From a virus (Duplodnaviria > Heunggongvirae > Uroviricota > Caudoviricetes): a DNA stretch of 45,693 bases. The translations under genes were made by a program, and so were the position numbers. Where the stretch lies: IMG/VR virus record IMGVR_UViG_2711768011_000016; one strand, given 5' to 3'. Below, one piece after another: positions 9,060 through 17,595 of this stretch. The stretch's first letter is position 1. Each line of letters opens with the position of its first letter. Under the pieces are notes generated by a model. The model did not search any database. It had not been told where the DNA came from and saw only the letters and a program-made list of their open reading frames with translations.

Positions 9060-9382
9060 CGACGTTAACTCAATGCCAGCAGCAGGTGCTGGATATGCTG
9101 ATTTCTTACCAGAAAGAACGTGGCTTCCCGCCAACCAATCAGGAGGTGGCAACCATGCTGGGATACCGTTCAGTGAATGCAGCGGTGGAACATCTTCGCG
9201 CACTGGAGAAAAAAGGCGTCATCACGATAAAGCGTGGCATGGCCCGGGGTATCACTCTTCATACCGCGGTGAAGGACGACGACAGCGAGGCGGTCGGGAT
9301 TATCCGCTCACTGCTTGCCGGTGAGGAAAACGCCAGGCTGCGTGCAACCCACTGGTTACATGAGAGAGGCCTGAAAGTATGA
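9056..9382 (+). CDS. LexA N-terminal-like winged-helix DNA-binding protein (no peptidase domain)
   Basis: 108 aa; QQVLDMLISYQKERGFPPTNQEVATMLGYRSVNAAVEHLRALEKKG resembles the LexA DNA-binding domain. Confidence 0.5.
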   Translation: MTTLTQCQQQVLDMLISYQKERGFPPTNQEVATMLGYRSVNAAVEHLRALEKKGVITIKRGMARGITLHTAVKDDDSEAVGIIRSLLAGEENARLRATHWLHERGLKV

Positions 9383-9768
9383 AGCTGATCCTGCCTTTCC
9401 CGCCCAGCGTGAACACGTACTGGCGACACCCCAACAAAGGGGCATTTGCTGGTAAGAGCCTGATAAGCGCGGCGGGGCGAAAATTTCAGAGCGCGGCGTG
9501 CGCAGCAATAGTTGAGCAGTTACGTCGTCTGCCAAAACCAACGTCGGCACCTGCTTCAGTGGAGATCGTGTTGTTTCCTCCGGATAACCGGATCCGCGAT
9601 CTGGACAACTATAACAAGGCGCTGTTTGACGCCCTGACCCACGCGGGGGTGTGGGAAGACGACAGCCAGGTGAAAAGAATGCTGGTGGAGTGGGGACCGG
9701 TTATCCAGAAAGGGAAGGTCGAGATCACTATCAGTAAGTATGAGAAACCGGCGGGTGCAGCCGCCTGA
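9379..9768 (+). CDS. rusA: RusA Holliday-junction resolvase
   Basis: 129 aa; LPFPPSVNTYWRH ... DLDNYNKALFDAL is characteristic of RusA. Confidence 0.8.
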   Translation: MKLILPFPPSVNTYWRHPNKGAFAGKSLISAAGRKFQSAACAAIVEQLRRLPKPTSAPASVEIVLFPPDNRIRDLDNYNKALFDALTHAGVWEDDSQVKRMLVEWGPVIQKGKVEITISKYEKPAGAAA

Positions 9769-9787
9769 TCAAGAGGAGAAACGAAGT

Positions 9788-10597
9788 ATGAATAATCTGA
9801 TGGTCATTGATGGTATTGAAGTTCGTCGTGATGCTTATGGGCGTTACAGCCTGAACGATCTGCACAGGGCAGCCGGGGGAGAACAAAAAAACCGCCCGAA
9901 ATACTGGCTCTCCAATAAGCAAACCTGTGAATTGATTGAACAACTTTTCACCGAGGGTGGAATTCCGCCTCTGGAACAAAATCAACCAGTTAGCGTCATT
10001 AATGGCGGAAATAACCAGGGGACGTATGTCTGCAAAGAACTGGTGTATGCCTATGCAATGTGGATCAGCCCGTCATTCCATCTGAAGGTGATCCGTACTT
10101 TCGACATGGTAACCAGCGCACCGGAAAAATTATCCGGACAGGCTGCTGACAAGATGCAGGCTGGCGTGATCCTGCTGGACTTTATGCGCCGGGAATTAAA
10201 TCTGTCTAACTCATCAGTGCTTGGAGCCTGTCAGAAGCTTCAGGAGGCTGTTGGCTTACCGAATCTGGCACCGCGCTATGCCATTGATGCTCCTGCTGAC
10301 GCGCCTGATGGCTCAAGTCGCCCCACGCTGTCGCTGAGTGCACTGCTGAAGCAGTATGGTATCCGCCTGACGGCTAATCAGGCATATCACCAGATGGTGA
10401 AGCTGGGGATCGTTGAACAACGCGAACGATACAGCCGTACCGCGATTAACAACATCAAAAAATTCTGGTCGCTGACGGCGAAAGGCTGCATGTTCGGCAA
10501 GAACATCACCAGTCCTGCAAATCCGCGCGAGACGCAGCCGCATTTCTTCGAATCCCGATTCCCTGAGCTGTTAAAGCTGCTCGATACCGTTCATTGA
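9788..10597 (+). CDS. KilA-N domain protein (antirepressor-like)
   Basis: GAGGAG RBS; the N-terminus (MNNLMVIDGIEVRRDAYGRYSLNDLHRAAGG) matches the KilA-N fold signature. Confidence 0.6.
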   Translation: MNNLMVIDGIEVRRDAYGRYSLNDLHRAAGGEQKNRPKYWLSNKQTCELIEQLFTEGGIPPLEQNQPVSVINGGNNQGTYVCKELVYAYAMWISPSFHLKVIRTFDMVTSAPEKLSGQAADKMQAGVILLDFMRRELNLSNSSVLGACQKLQEAVGLPNLAPRYAIDAPADAPDGSSRPTLSLSALLKQYGIRLTANQAYHQMVKLGIVEQRERYSRTAINNIKKFWSLTAKGCMFGKNITSPANPRETQPHFFESRFPELLKLLDTVH

Positions 10598-10598
10598 G

Positions 10599-11594
10599 GT
10601 GACCGTGAGAGCACTACTGACCCCTGAAATTGCCCCGCGTATGGGGATCGTATTGTTCAGGCCAGGTTCAGAGCTGATGCCCCTGTTTATGCAGGGGCGT
10701 GTTCTGCTGGAGCCTGAGCCGGAACGTTATTCATCTTTCGCCAGTGGTGCCGTTCCGGCGGCATCACAACCGCTGGCGGATGATCCTGCCGTTCGGGCCG
10801 TGTTCCGCAATGAGGCAGTGATCCGTCGTGCTGGTGGCGTGGAATGTCTTGAAAGCTGGTTACTTCGTGAAAAAGGCTGCCAGTGGCCTCATTCCGACTG
10901 GCACAGCGAGAACATGACCACAATGCGACACGCTCCGGGCGCAATCCGTCTGTGCTGGCACTGCGATAACCAGCTGCGCGATCAGTTCACGGAACGGCTG
11001 GAATCAATGGCAACGGATAACTGTGCCCGCTGGGTGTTGTCTGTTGTGCGTCGGGATCTCGGTTTTGATGATAGTCACGTTGTGACAATGCCGGAACTGT
11101 GCTGGTGGCTGATTCGTAATGACCTGGCGGATGCCTTACCGGAAAGTGCAGCCCGTAAGGCACTGAGATTACCAAAGCCTGTTGTGCCGTCTGTCACCCG
11201 GGAAAGTGACCTTGTGCCTTCGGTTCCTGCCACCAGCATCATCCAGGATAAGGCAAAAAAGGTGCTGGCGCTGAAAGTGGATCCGGAGTCGCCGGAGTCT
11301 TTTATGTTACGCCCAAAACGCCGCCGCTGGGTTAATGAAAAGTACACGCGCTGGGTTAAGACACAGCCGTGTGCATGTTGTGGAAAGCCTGCTGATGATC
11401 CCCACCACCTGATAGGCCACGGTCAGGGTGGAATGGGTACAAAAGCGCATGACCTCTTTGTGTTGCCTTTGTGCAGAAAGCATCACGACGAGCTGCATGC
11501 GGATACCGTGGCATTTGAAGAGAAGTATGGCTCCCAGCTGGAGCTGATATTTCGTTTTATCGATCGTGCGCTGGCAATTGGCGTATTGGCGTAA
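10599..11594 (+). CDS. DUF968-family (YdfU-like) Cys/His-rich protein
   Basis: GTG start; C-terminal CACCGKPADDPHHLIGHG ... CRKHHDELH cluster typical of DUF968 prophage proteins. Confidence 0.55.
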   Translation: MTVRALLTPEIAPRMGIVLFRPGSELMPLFMQGRVLLEPEPERYSSFASGAVPAASQPLADDPAVRAVFRNEAVIRRAGGVECLESWLLREKGCQWPHSDWHSENMTTMRHAPGAIRLCWHCDNQLRDQFTERLESMATDNCARWVLSVVRRDLGFDDSHVVTMPELCWWLIRNDLADALPESAARKALRLPKPVVPSVTRESDLVPSVPATSIIQDKAKKVLALKVDPESPESFMLRPKRRRWVNEKYTRWVKTQPCACCGKPADDPHHLIGHGQGGMGTKAHDLFVLPLCRKHHDELHADTVAFEEKYGSQLELIFRFIDRALAIGVLA

Positions 11595-11607
11595 GTGGAG
11601 AACGAGC

Positions 11608-12360
11608 ATGAACCTTGAAGCCTTACCAAAATATTACTCCCCAAAATCTCCAAAATTGAGCGATGACGCACCGGCGACAGGCTCAGGTGGTTTAACGATT
11701 ACGGATGTGATGGCTGCGCAGGGGATGGTGCAGTCGAAAGCACCGCTTGGGTTTGCCTTATTCCTGGCAAAAGTTGGTGTTCAGGATCCTCAATTTGCGA
11801 TTGAAGGTCTGCTCAATTACGCGATGGCACTGGATAACCCGACATTGAACAAATTGAGTGAAGAAACCCGGTTACAGATCATCCCTTACCTTGTGAATTT
11901 TGCCTTTGCTGATTATTCCAGGTCTGCGGCAAGTAAGGCTCGCTGTGAGCATTGTGCTGGTACTGGATTTCATAATGTATTGCGCGAAGTGGTGAAACAC
12001 TCCAGAAGCGGGGAATCTGTTATCAAGGAAGAGTGGGTGAAGGAACTATGTCAGCATTGCCATGGTAAGGGAGAAGTCAGCACAGCGTGCAGAGGGTGTA
12101 AGGGTAAAGGTATTGTCCTGGATGAAAAAAGAACCCGGCTTCATGGTGTGCCTGTTTATAAGATTTGTGGGCGTTGCAATGGCAACCGGTTTAGCCGTTT
12201 ACCAACCACACTGGCGCGGCATCATGTCCAGAAACTGGTACCGGACCTGACGGATTATCAGTGGTACAAAGGATATGCAGACGTTATTAATAAACTGGTT
12301 ACAAAGTGCTGGCAGGAAGAAGCGTATGCTGAATCGCAATTGAGAAAAGTGACAAGATAG
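11608..12360 (+). CDS. Q: late-gene antiterminator Q
   Basis: GTGGAG RBS; CxxC zinc-finger pairs; sits immediately upstream of a promoter-terminator pair as expected for Q. Confidence 0.65.
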   Translation: MNLEALPKYYSPKSPKLSDDAPATGSGGLTITDVMAAQGMVQSKAPLGFALFLAKVGVQDPQFAIEGLLNYAMALDNPTLNKLSEETRLQIIPYLVNFAFADYSRSAASKARCEHCAGTGFHNVLREVVKHSRSGESVIKEEWVKELCQHCHGKGEVSTACRGCKGKGIVLDEKRTRLHGVPVYKICGRCNGNRFSRLPTTLARHHVQKLVPDLTDYQWYKGYADVINKLVTKCWQEEAYAESQLRKVTR

Positions 12361-12391
12361 ATAATTTTCGCCGAAGATGTCGACGTGATAC

Positions 12392-12420
12392 TTGCATTTT
12401 TCAAAAAATATGGATAAGAT
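12392..12420 (+). promoter_or_regulatory. late promoter PR'-like (TTGCAT-17nt-TAAGAT)
   Basis: Sigma-70-like hexamers with 17-bp spacing just downstream of Q. Confidence 0.5.
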
Positions 12421-12463
12421 TTTCTCAACGATGGGCCTTGTATGTCTACCGTTGGTAAATGTC

Positions 12464-12491
12464 AAAAACCCGCCGCTGAGCGGGTTTTTTG
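12464..12491 (+). terminator. tR'-like rho-independent terminator
   Basis: Hairpin acccgc-cgctga-gcgggt followed by TTTTTT. Confidence 0.65.
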
Positions 12492-12639
12492 TGCCTGATG
12501 TCTCATGAAACTATGAAATGGATTGGTGCGTTAAACATTTTTTCTTATTATCTTTTAGATTTTGGAGAGATGGTTAACGTCTGTATTCCAGAAACTCGAT
12601 GGTTATTTAATAAATTAGTTTCAATGATGCTTCTAGGTT

Positions 12640-13065
12640 ATGACTGTAATGAAAAAGGTATTAATAGCAGCGATAGGTTTTTGTTTAGTTGGTTGTGCAG
12701 GTATGAAATTACCTGAGTATTCGCAAGTTAAAGCAAGTCCGTATTATACAGATTGCCGTGCGTTTGCCATGGATGTTTATAAAAATGATGGATACAGCAA
12801 AATTGCGAAAACTACTATCCTTAGCATGGATGATGTGAAAGCTAGATATATTGTGACAGGGTGTGTAGTTGCTATGGGGAAAAACACTGTAGAGGAAATC
12901 AAAGCTGATCTCTCTGCTAAAGGGAGTTCTTTTGGGCTTATCAGTGGAGCTTGTTCTAGTGCGGCATGTCGGGTTGATGTAGAGCAGCAAATGAACGCTT
13001 ATGTACTTGGTAGTTATTATGCTGCAAATAAAAAATTCCCGGATAAAATGAAAGCAGAGTTTTAA
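12640..13065 (+). CDS. lipoprotein moron
   Basis: Signal peptide with lipobox (LVGCAG), AT-rich codon usage, flanked by two near-identical terminators; start could be 12640 or 12649. Confidence 0.6.
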   Translation: MTVMKKVLIAAIGFCLVGCAGMKLPEYSQVKASPYYTDCRAFAMDVYKNDGYSKIAKTTILSMDDVKARYIVTGCVVAMGKNTVEEIKADLSAKGSSFGLISGACSSAACRVDVEQQMNAYVLGSYYAANKKFPDKMKAEF

Positions 13066-13141
13066 GCAAACCTTGTTTTCGATTATATGTCGAAGATAAA
13101 TGTTAGTAACGGCATAATAAGTAAATATATAGCTGTGATAG

Positions 13142-13167
13142 CAACCCGCCACTGAGCGGGTTTTTTG
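13142..13167 (+). terminator. rho-independent terminator (near-copy of the tR'-like hairpin)
   Basis: acccgcc-actga-gcgggt followed by TTTTTT. Confidence 0.6.
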
Positions 13168-13288
13168 TACCCGTAAACTTGGTGCAGTACAGTAAACACG
13201 CTGGTGGTCGTGAATACTGACTTTTTATCTTGCTGGCTTTTTAGACAAGAGTTATTGGTATGTCATGTTAACCAGAAGGGAAAAAGAC

Positions 13289-13492
13289 ATGCTAAAACAG
13301 CAAGATATGACAGAAACCGCCGCCGCAGTCCTTCATTTCTTACCTGCTGACAAGTGGGTAACGCCACGCATGATGACGAGAACTACCGGAGTAAGCGAAG
13401 CCCGGTGCCAGTTAATACTGACTCAGTTAGTTCTGGCGGGTCTGGCGAAGGATAACGGCGGGTACGGGAATAAATTCAGACGCTGCCAGTAA
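13289..13492 (+). CDS. small hypothetical protein
   Basis: 67-aa ORF with a purine-rich RBS; no family recognised. Confidence 0.35.
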   Translation: MLKQQDMTETAAAVLHFLPADKWVTPRMMTRTTGVSEARCQLILTQLVLAGLAKDNGGYGNKFRRCQ

Positions 13493-13642
13493 TGGCGGTT
13501 TCCTGCTGTGAAAATGGGCGGCTGGTGGGTGTTGGTAGCACCTGCCAGCCATTCGCTCATGCTTACTGGTCACAAGCGAACCACGGCCCACTGCTTTAGC
13601 GCAAAAGCAGAGTGAGCCTACCAGAGTTACGCTTACTGATCC

Positions 13643-14695
13643 ATGAAAAATACTGTAAAAATAAACAGTGTTGATTTAATCAACGCTGATTGCCTGCATT
13701 TTATTCAGTCCCTGCCTGATGATTCCATTGACCTGATTGTTACCGATCCGCCTTACTTCAAGGTGAAACCCAACGGTTGGGACAATCAGTGGAAAGGGGA
13801 CGAAGATTACCTTAAGTGGCTGGACCACTGTCTGGCCCAGTTCTGGCGGGTGTTGAAACCTGCCGGAAGCCTTTACCTGTTCTGTGGGCATCGCCTGGCA
13901 TCTGATATTGAGATCATGATGCGTGAACGTTTCAACGTGCTTAACCATATCATCTGGGCGAAGCCGTCCGGACGTTGGAATGGGTGTAATAAAGAAAGTC
14001 TGCGCGCATATTTTCCTGCCACAGAGCGCGTTCTGTTTGCTGAACATTACCAGGGGCCATATCGCGGCAAAAGTGACGGCTATGCGGCAAAAGAAAGGGA
14101 ACTCAAACAGCACATAATGGCACCGCTGATATCGTATTTCAGGGATGCTCGTGCCGAACTGGGTATAACGGCAAAACAAATTGCCGAAGCCACAGGTAAG
14201 AAAAATATGGTTTCCCACTGGTTTGGTGCCAGTCAGTGGCAGTTGCCGAATGAGGCTGACTATCGGAAGTTACAGGCACTGTTTTCCCGTATAGCGGCAG
14301 AGAAGTTTCAGGAACAACAACTGGAACAACCACACCACCAGCTGGTGGCATCTTATGATTCACTGAATCGTAAATATTCTGAATTGCTGGATGAGTTTAA
14401 ATCTCTCCGGCGCTATTTCTCCGTATCAGTCTCCGTGCCTTATACCGATGTCTGGATGCATAAACCCGTTCAGTTCTACCCGGGGAAACATCCGTGTGAG
14501 AAACCGGCGGATATGCTCAGGCAAATAATCAATGCCAGTAGTCGACCAGGTGATCTGGTTGCTGATTTTTTTATGGGATCCGGTTCCACAATAAAAGCAG
14601 CAATGGCGCTGGGGCGTCGGGCCTTAGGTGTTGAGCTTGAGTCAGAGCGGTTTAATCAGACAGTGAAAGAGATAAACGAGCTGGTGGGGAAATAA
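13643..14695 (+). CDS. DNA methyltransferase (N6/N4 family, DPPY motif)
   Basis: 350 aa; LIVTDPPYF motif IV near the N-terminus and a C-terminal AdoMet-binding FFMGSGST motif; no restriction endonuclease gene adjacent. Confidence 0.8.
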
Positions 14696-14697
14696 TC

Positions 14698-14726
14698 TGG
14701 TGGCCACGTCAGGTGGCCTTTTTATT
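14698..14726 (+). terminator. hairpin/terminator after the methyltransferase gene
   Basis: ggccac-gtcag-gtggcc followed by TTTTT. Confidence 0.4.
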
Positions 14727-14762
14727 TCCATTACACAGCACCCGCATCTGCGAGGTGGGGTT

Positions 14763-14912
14763 ATGAAATCCATGGATAAGTTAACAACGGGTGTCGCCTA
14801 TGGCACCTCAGCAGGTAGTGCCGGGTACTGGTTTTTACAGTTGCTCGATAAAGTCACGCCCTCACAGTGGGCGGCAATAGGTGTGCTGGGTAGTCTGGTA
14901 TTTGGCTTGCTG
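14763..14912 (+). CDS. phage-21-type pinholin (3'-truncated by gap)
   Basis: [26 protein letters not shown] ... [13 protein letters not shown] closely resembles S21 pinholin including the MKSM dual start; GAGGTGGGG RBS. Confidence 0.75.
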
Positions 14913-15220
14913 NNNNNNNNNNNNNNNNNNNNNNNNNNNNNNNNNNNNNNNNNNNNNNNNNNNNNNNNNNNNNNNNNNNNNNNNNNNNNNNNNNNNNNNN
15001 NNNNNNNNNNNNNNNNNNNNNNNNNNNNNNNNNNNNNNNNNNNNNNNNNNNNNNNNNNNNNNNNNNNNNNNNNNNNNNNNNNNNNNNNNNNNNNNNNNNN
15101 NNNNNNNNNNNNNNNNNNNNNNNNNNNNNNNNNNNNNNNNNNNNNNNNNNNNNNNNNNNNNNNNNNNNNNNNNNNNNNNNNNNNNNNNNNNNNNNNNNNN
15201 NNNNNNNNNNNNNNNNNNNN
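14913..15220. other. assembly gap (run of N)
   Basis: Contiguous N characters. Confidence 1.
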
Positions 15221-15287
15221 TTAAGTCACTGACCGGAACAGATAAACCTGTCCGTGGGCAGAAACCGATAAATCCTGATAAATATCC

Positions 15288-15821
15288 ATGAACGCAAAAA
15301 TCAGATACGGCCTGTCGGCTGCCGTTCTGGCACTGATTGCCGTCGGTGCGCCCGCGCCTGATATTCTCGACCAGTTTCTGGATGAAAAAGAAGGTAACCA
15401 CACAACGGCATACCGCGATGGGTCCGGCATCTGGACCATCTGTCGGGGTGCCACGATGGTGGATGGAAAACCCGTTTTTCCCGGTATGAAACTGTCGAAG
15501 GAAAAATGCGACCAGGTCAACGCCATTGAGCGTGATAAGGCGCTGGCATGGGTGGAGCGCAATATTAAAGTACCACTGACCGAGCCACAAAAAGCGGGTA
15601 TCGCGTCATTTTGTCCCTATAACATTGGCCCCGGTAAGTGTTTTCCGTCGACGTTTTATAAGCGGCTGAATGCTGGTGATCGTAAAGGTGCATGCGAGGC
15701 GATTCGCTGGTGGATAAAAGATGGTGGGCGCGATTGCCGCATACGTTCAAATAACTGCTATGGACAGGTTATTCGTCGTGACCAGGAAAGCGCATTAGCC
15801 TGTTGGGGGATAGATCAGTGA
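15288..15821 (+). CDS. SAR endolysin (lysozyme, phage-21 R-like)
   Basis: 177 aa with an N-terminal weakly hydrophobic Ala/Gly-rich segment and a lysozyme-like body; follows the pinholin. Confidence 0.75.
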   Translation: MNAKIRYGLSAAVLALIAVGAPAPDILDQFLDEKEGNHTTAYRDGSGIWTICRGATMVDGKPVFPGMKLSKEKCDQVNAIERDKALAWVERNIKVPLTEPQKAGIASFCPYNIGPGKCFPSTFYKRLNAGDRKGACEAIRWWIKDGGRDCRIRSNNCYGQVIRRDQESALACWGIDQ

Positions 15822-16285
15822 GCAGAGTCGCCGCGATTATTTATGCTCTGGTTATCTGCATCATCGTCTGCCTGTCGTGGGCGGTCAATCATTACCGTGA
15901 TAACGCCATCGCCTACAAAGAACAGCGTGATAAAAAAGTCAGTGAGCTGAAGCAGGCGACCGCCACCATTACTGACATGCAGCAACGCCAGCGTGCTGCT
16001 GATGTACTCGATGCTAAATACACGAAGGAGTTGGCTGATGCGAAAGCTGAAAATGATGCTCTTCGGCGCAAGCTTGATAATGGTGGTCGGGTGCTCGTCA
16101 AAGGAAAATGCTCTGTGCCATCCTCAGCCGAAACCTCCAGCGCCTCCGGCATGGGCAATGATGCCACCGTCGAACTCTCTCCAGTTGCTGGACGAAACGT
16201 TCTCGGTATCCGGGACGGAATCATCAGAGACCAGACAGCACTGAGAACGCTTCAGGAATATATCAGGACGCAATGCCTTCGATGA
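15818..16285 (+). CDS. Rz: Rz i-spanin
   Basis: GTG start overlapping the endolysin stop (GTGA); N-terminal TM helix then coiled-coil-like region. Confidence 0.7.
   Translation: MSRVAAIIYALVICIIVCLSWAVNHYRDNAIAYKEQRDKKVSELKQATATITDMQQRQRAADVLDAKYTKELADAKAENDALRRKLDNGGRVLVKGKCSVPSSAETSSASGMGNDATVELSPVAGRNVLGIRDGIIRDQTALRTLQEYIRTQCLR
16038..16244 (+). CDS. Rz1: Rz1 o-spanin lipoprotein embedded in Rz (+1 frame)
   Basis: AAGGAG RBS; lipobox VVGCSS and a Pro-rich mature region; entirely inside Rz in another frame. Confidence 0.7.
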   Translation: MRKLKMMLFGASLIMVVGCSSKENALCHPQPKPPAPPAWAMMPPSNSLQLLDETFSVSGTESSETRQH

Positions 16286-16911
16286 TAGCGATAATTTTAC
16301 TCATCATCCTTCACATTTGGCTCTGTAGACAGGGTGGTGATCACTTCTGGAGTGAATCCAGATTAAACATCTCATTGCTGATGCTTGAAGTTGAGCATCT
16401 GGCGCGCGGTAAGGGGCTGCGTTGAAATAAGAGCCAGTCATTAAAAATACCTGGATTTAGCCTCGCATTCGCGGGGCTTTTTATTGCCATTACAAAAGCC
16501 ACTCCCTACAGAGTGGCTTTGATAATGGCTTATACCCTACACGGGATAACTTAACTGATATCCCTTTTAACGGATAAAGGTATTCAAGCCTGACACATCA
16601 TGCGCTGTATCGTCGCCGTATTCCCGTATTAACAGAGACCGTAGCCCGACGGGGAACTCCTTCTGCGAGAGTGTGCGGGAATAATCAAAAACGATGCACA
16701 CCGGGTTTTTACCGCGTTTATGGTTCGCGGGTTTGTCCCTCATGCTCGCCAGTCCTGTGCGGGGGTGGAAGAAACAGGATACTCACACAGATTCTTGTGG
16801 GCACGATGCTATTCCTTTCTGGATTATCCCGATGCCATTCATGCAAGGCGCTGTATCAGACGTTCGTCATGTCTGTCAGGCTGACGGGTCCTCCCGGTGG
16901 AGTGGCCTGCC

Positions 16912-17010
16912 ACGGGGCGGGAGCGTCGCGGAAAAAGGCTAGTTTTTGAAATTTCATTCGTCATCACCACCACTGTAATAGATTGATATTACAGTGGTTT
17001 TGTTTTTATG
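16912..17010. other. cos site (cosN and cosB-like elements)
   Basis: ACGGGGCGGGAGCGTCGCGG closely resembles the lambda cos junction as I recall it (candidate 12-nt cohesive end 16915-16926); TTCATTCGTCATCAC and an 11-bp inverted repeat lie downstream, about 180 bp before the small terminase gene. Confidence 0.5.
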
Positions 17011-17100
17011 GTGTCGATTTTGATTGTTTTTTGTTCATCACTAACACCGTTTGCCTAAAGTTGTTCGCGAGATGCATGTTTAAAACATTCTGGAGCGGGT

Positions 17101-17595
17101 ATGGATCGAGAGTTAAAAAATCTGACGCTGAATATCAGTCAACTGGCGGCACTGTCAGGTGTACATCGCCAGACTGCTGCGGCAAGGCTGCAAAATCTAC
17201 CCGTTGCAGGGGGGCATGAAAGCAACCTCAAGCTTTATCGGGTGGTTGATATTGTGTCGGCATTTCTGGCATTGCCACCGCCGGTTGCAGAAGGCGAAAT
17301 GGACGCGCATGAGCGCAAAGCCTGGTATCAGTCTGAACGTGAGCGTCTTAAGTTCGAACAGGAAACGGCACAACTCATTCCGGCCAGTGATGTCAGACGG
17401 GAGTTTGCCATCTGGGCAAAAGCGGTCGTGCAGGTGCTGGAGACATTACCGGATATTCTGGAACGTGACTGCGGTCTGCAGCCTGCCGCTGTGAGCCGTG
17501 TTCAGTCCATTATTGATGATCTGCGCGATCAGATAGCCCTGCGGGTGACTGAAGCAGGTGCGGATGATGAGGAGGAATTACAGCAGGAGGAGTAA
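17101..17595 (+). CDS. terminase small subunit (Nu1-like)
   Basis: N-terminal HTH (LTLNISQLAALSGVHRQTAAARLQNL) and acidic C-terminus; immediately precedes the large terminase. Confidence 0.7.
   Translation: MDRELKNLTLNISQLAALSGVHRQTAAARLQNLPVAGGHESNLKLYRVVDIVSAFLALPPPVAEGEMDAHERKAWYQSERERLKFEQETAQLIPASDVRREFAIWAKAVVQVLETLPDILERDCGLQPAAVSRVQSIIDDLRDQIALRVTEAGADDEEELQQEE

Noticed and set aside
8403-9203. 266-aa minus-strand ORF antisense to the Dam-like methyltransferase and LexA-like genes
   Set aside because: Overlaps two plus-strand genes that have clear motifs and translational coupling; no start context.
13493-13642. Possible tRNA genes between Q and the lysis genes, and between Rz and cos
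   Set aside because: No cloverleaf-compatible sequence or GTTCGA-type T-arm motif found by eye.
14913-15220. Runs of N at 14913-15220 and 40144-40555
   Set aside because: Assembly gaps; ORFs in the track that run through them (X stretches) are artefacts.
16671-16949. Two overlapping plus-strand ORFs (92 and 82 aa) between Rz and the terminase genes
   Set aside because: No RBS, implausible composition, and they overlap the cos-like sequence.
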